A stretch of 24,000 nt of DNA. Source: an uncultured Actinomycetota bacterium (GTDB taxonomy: Bacteria > Actinomycetota > Actinomycetes > Actinomycetales > Dermatophilaceae). Position 1 is the first letter of the stretch, and the number at the start of each line of letters is the position of its first letter. The position numbers were made by a program, and so were the translations under genes. A model generated the notes under the pieces. That model was not told where the DNA came from. It made no database searches and saw nothing but the letters and a program-made list of their open reading frames with translations. This document shows, piece by piece, positions 23,983 through 24,000 of the stretch. The stretch is taken from positions 982,079 through 1,006,078 of the forward strand of contig CAVSSL010000011.1 of assembly GCA_963730585.1 (NCBI GenBank). Reading direction: 5' to 3'.

Positions 23983-24000
23983 TCGCGCGCCGGTCGGCTC

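Noticed and set aside
1-24000. Search for mobile elements, CRISPR arrays, tRNA/rRNA genes, long direct or inverted repeats, and defence-type genes
   Set aside because: I saw no transposase, integrase or recombinase motifs, no repeat-spacer periodicity, no tRNA-like cloverleaf candidates and no abrupt compositional shift. The window reads as conserved core chromosome.

Overview
Visibly very GC-rich chromosomal core region of an actinobacterium (GC content not computed; genus cannot be called from this window). The backbone is the aerobic respiratory cytochrome bc1-aa3 locus: ctaE-qcrC-qcrA-qcrB on the + strand (about 9.46-13.9 kb) and ctaC-ctaD-ctaF on the - strand (20.36-17.26 kb). Flanking genes, in order along the window:
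- two small SRPBCC-like genes
- a FadD-type acyl-CoA synthetase
- a frameshifted GT87/DUF2029-like membrane protein
- a lipoprotein with an M1-like zinc motif
- a 4-Cys mini-protein
- a DnaQ-exonuclease/GIY-YIG (UvrC-N-like) fusion nuclease
- a stand-alone Lrp/AsnC ligand-binding-domain protein
- trpD and an atypical single-domain receiver
- between qcrB and ctaF: a DUF167 protein, a zincin-like metallopeptidase, a secreted 6-Cys protein and an L,D-transpeptidase
- a cysteine-desulfurase-like protein with a TusA-like partner
- aat, adoK and a small acidic protein

Gene order parallels the M. tuberculosis Rv2185c-Rv2202c block (from memory), but ctaD lies between ctaC and ctaF, as I recall for Streptomyces. 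I saw no rRNA, tRNA, CRISPR array, transposase, integrase or long repeat, and I do not see a convincing new multi-gene system such as a defence island. The points most worth a second look:
1. A completely lysine-free cysteine-desulfurase homologue that lacks the PLP Schiff-base lysine. It is translationally coupled to a TusA-like protein.
2. An exact-spacing RecA-NDp/PafBC-type DNA-damage promoter motif in front of the exonuclease/GIY-YIG gene.
3. A frame disruption in the GT87-like membrane protein.
4. A recurrent TANNNT hexamer 6-7 nt upstream of about ten start codons, implying leaderless transcripts.

All family assignments come from reading the translations and from remembered homologue sequences. 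No searches or computations were run.
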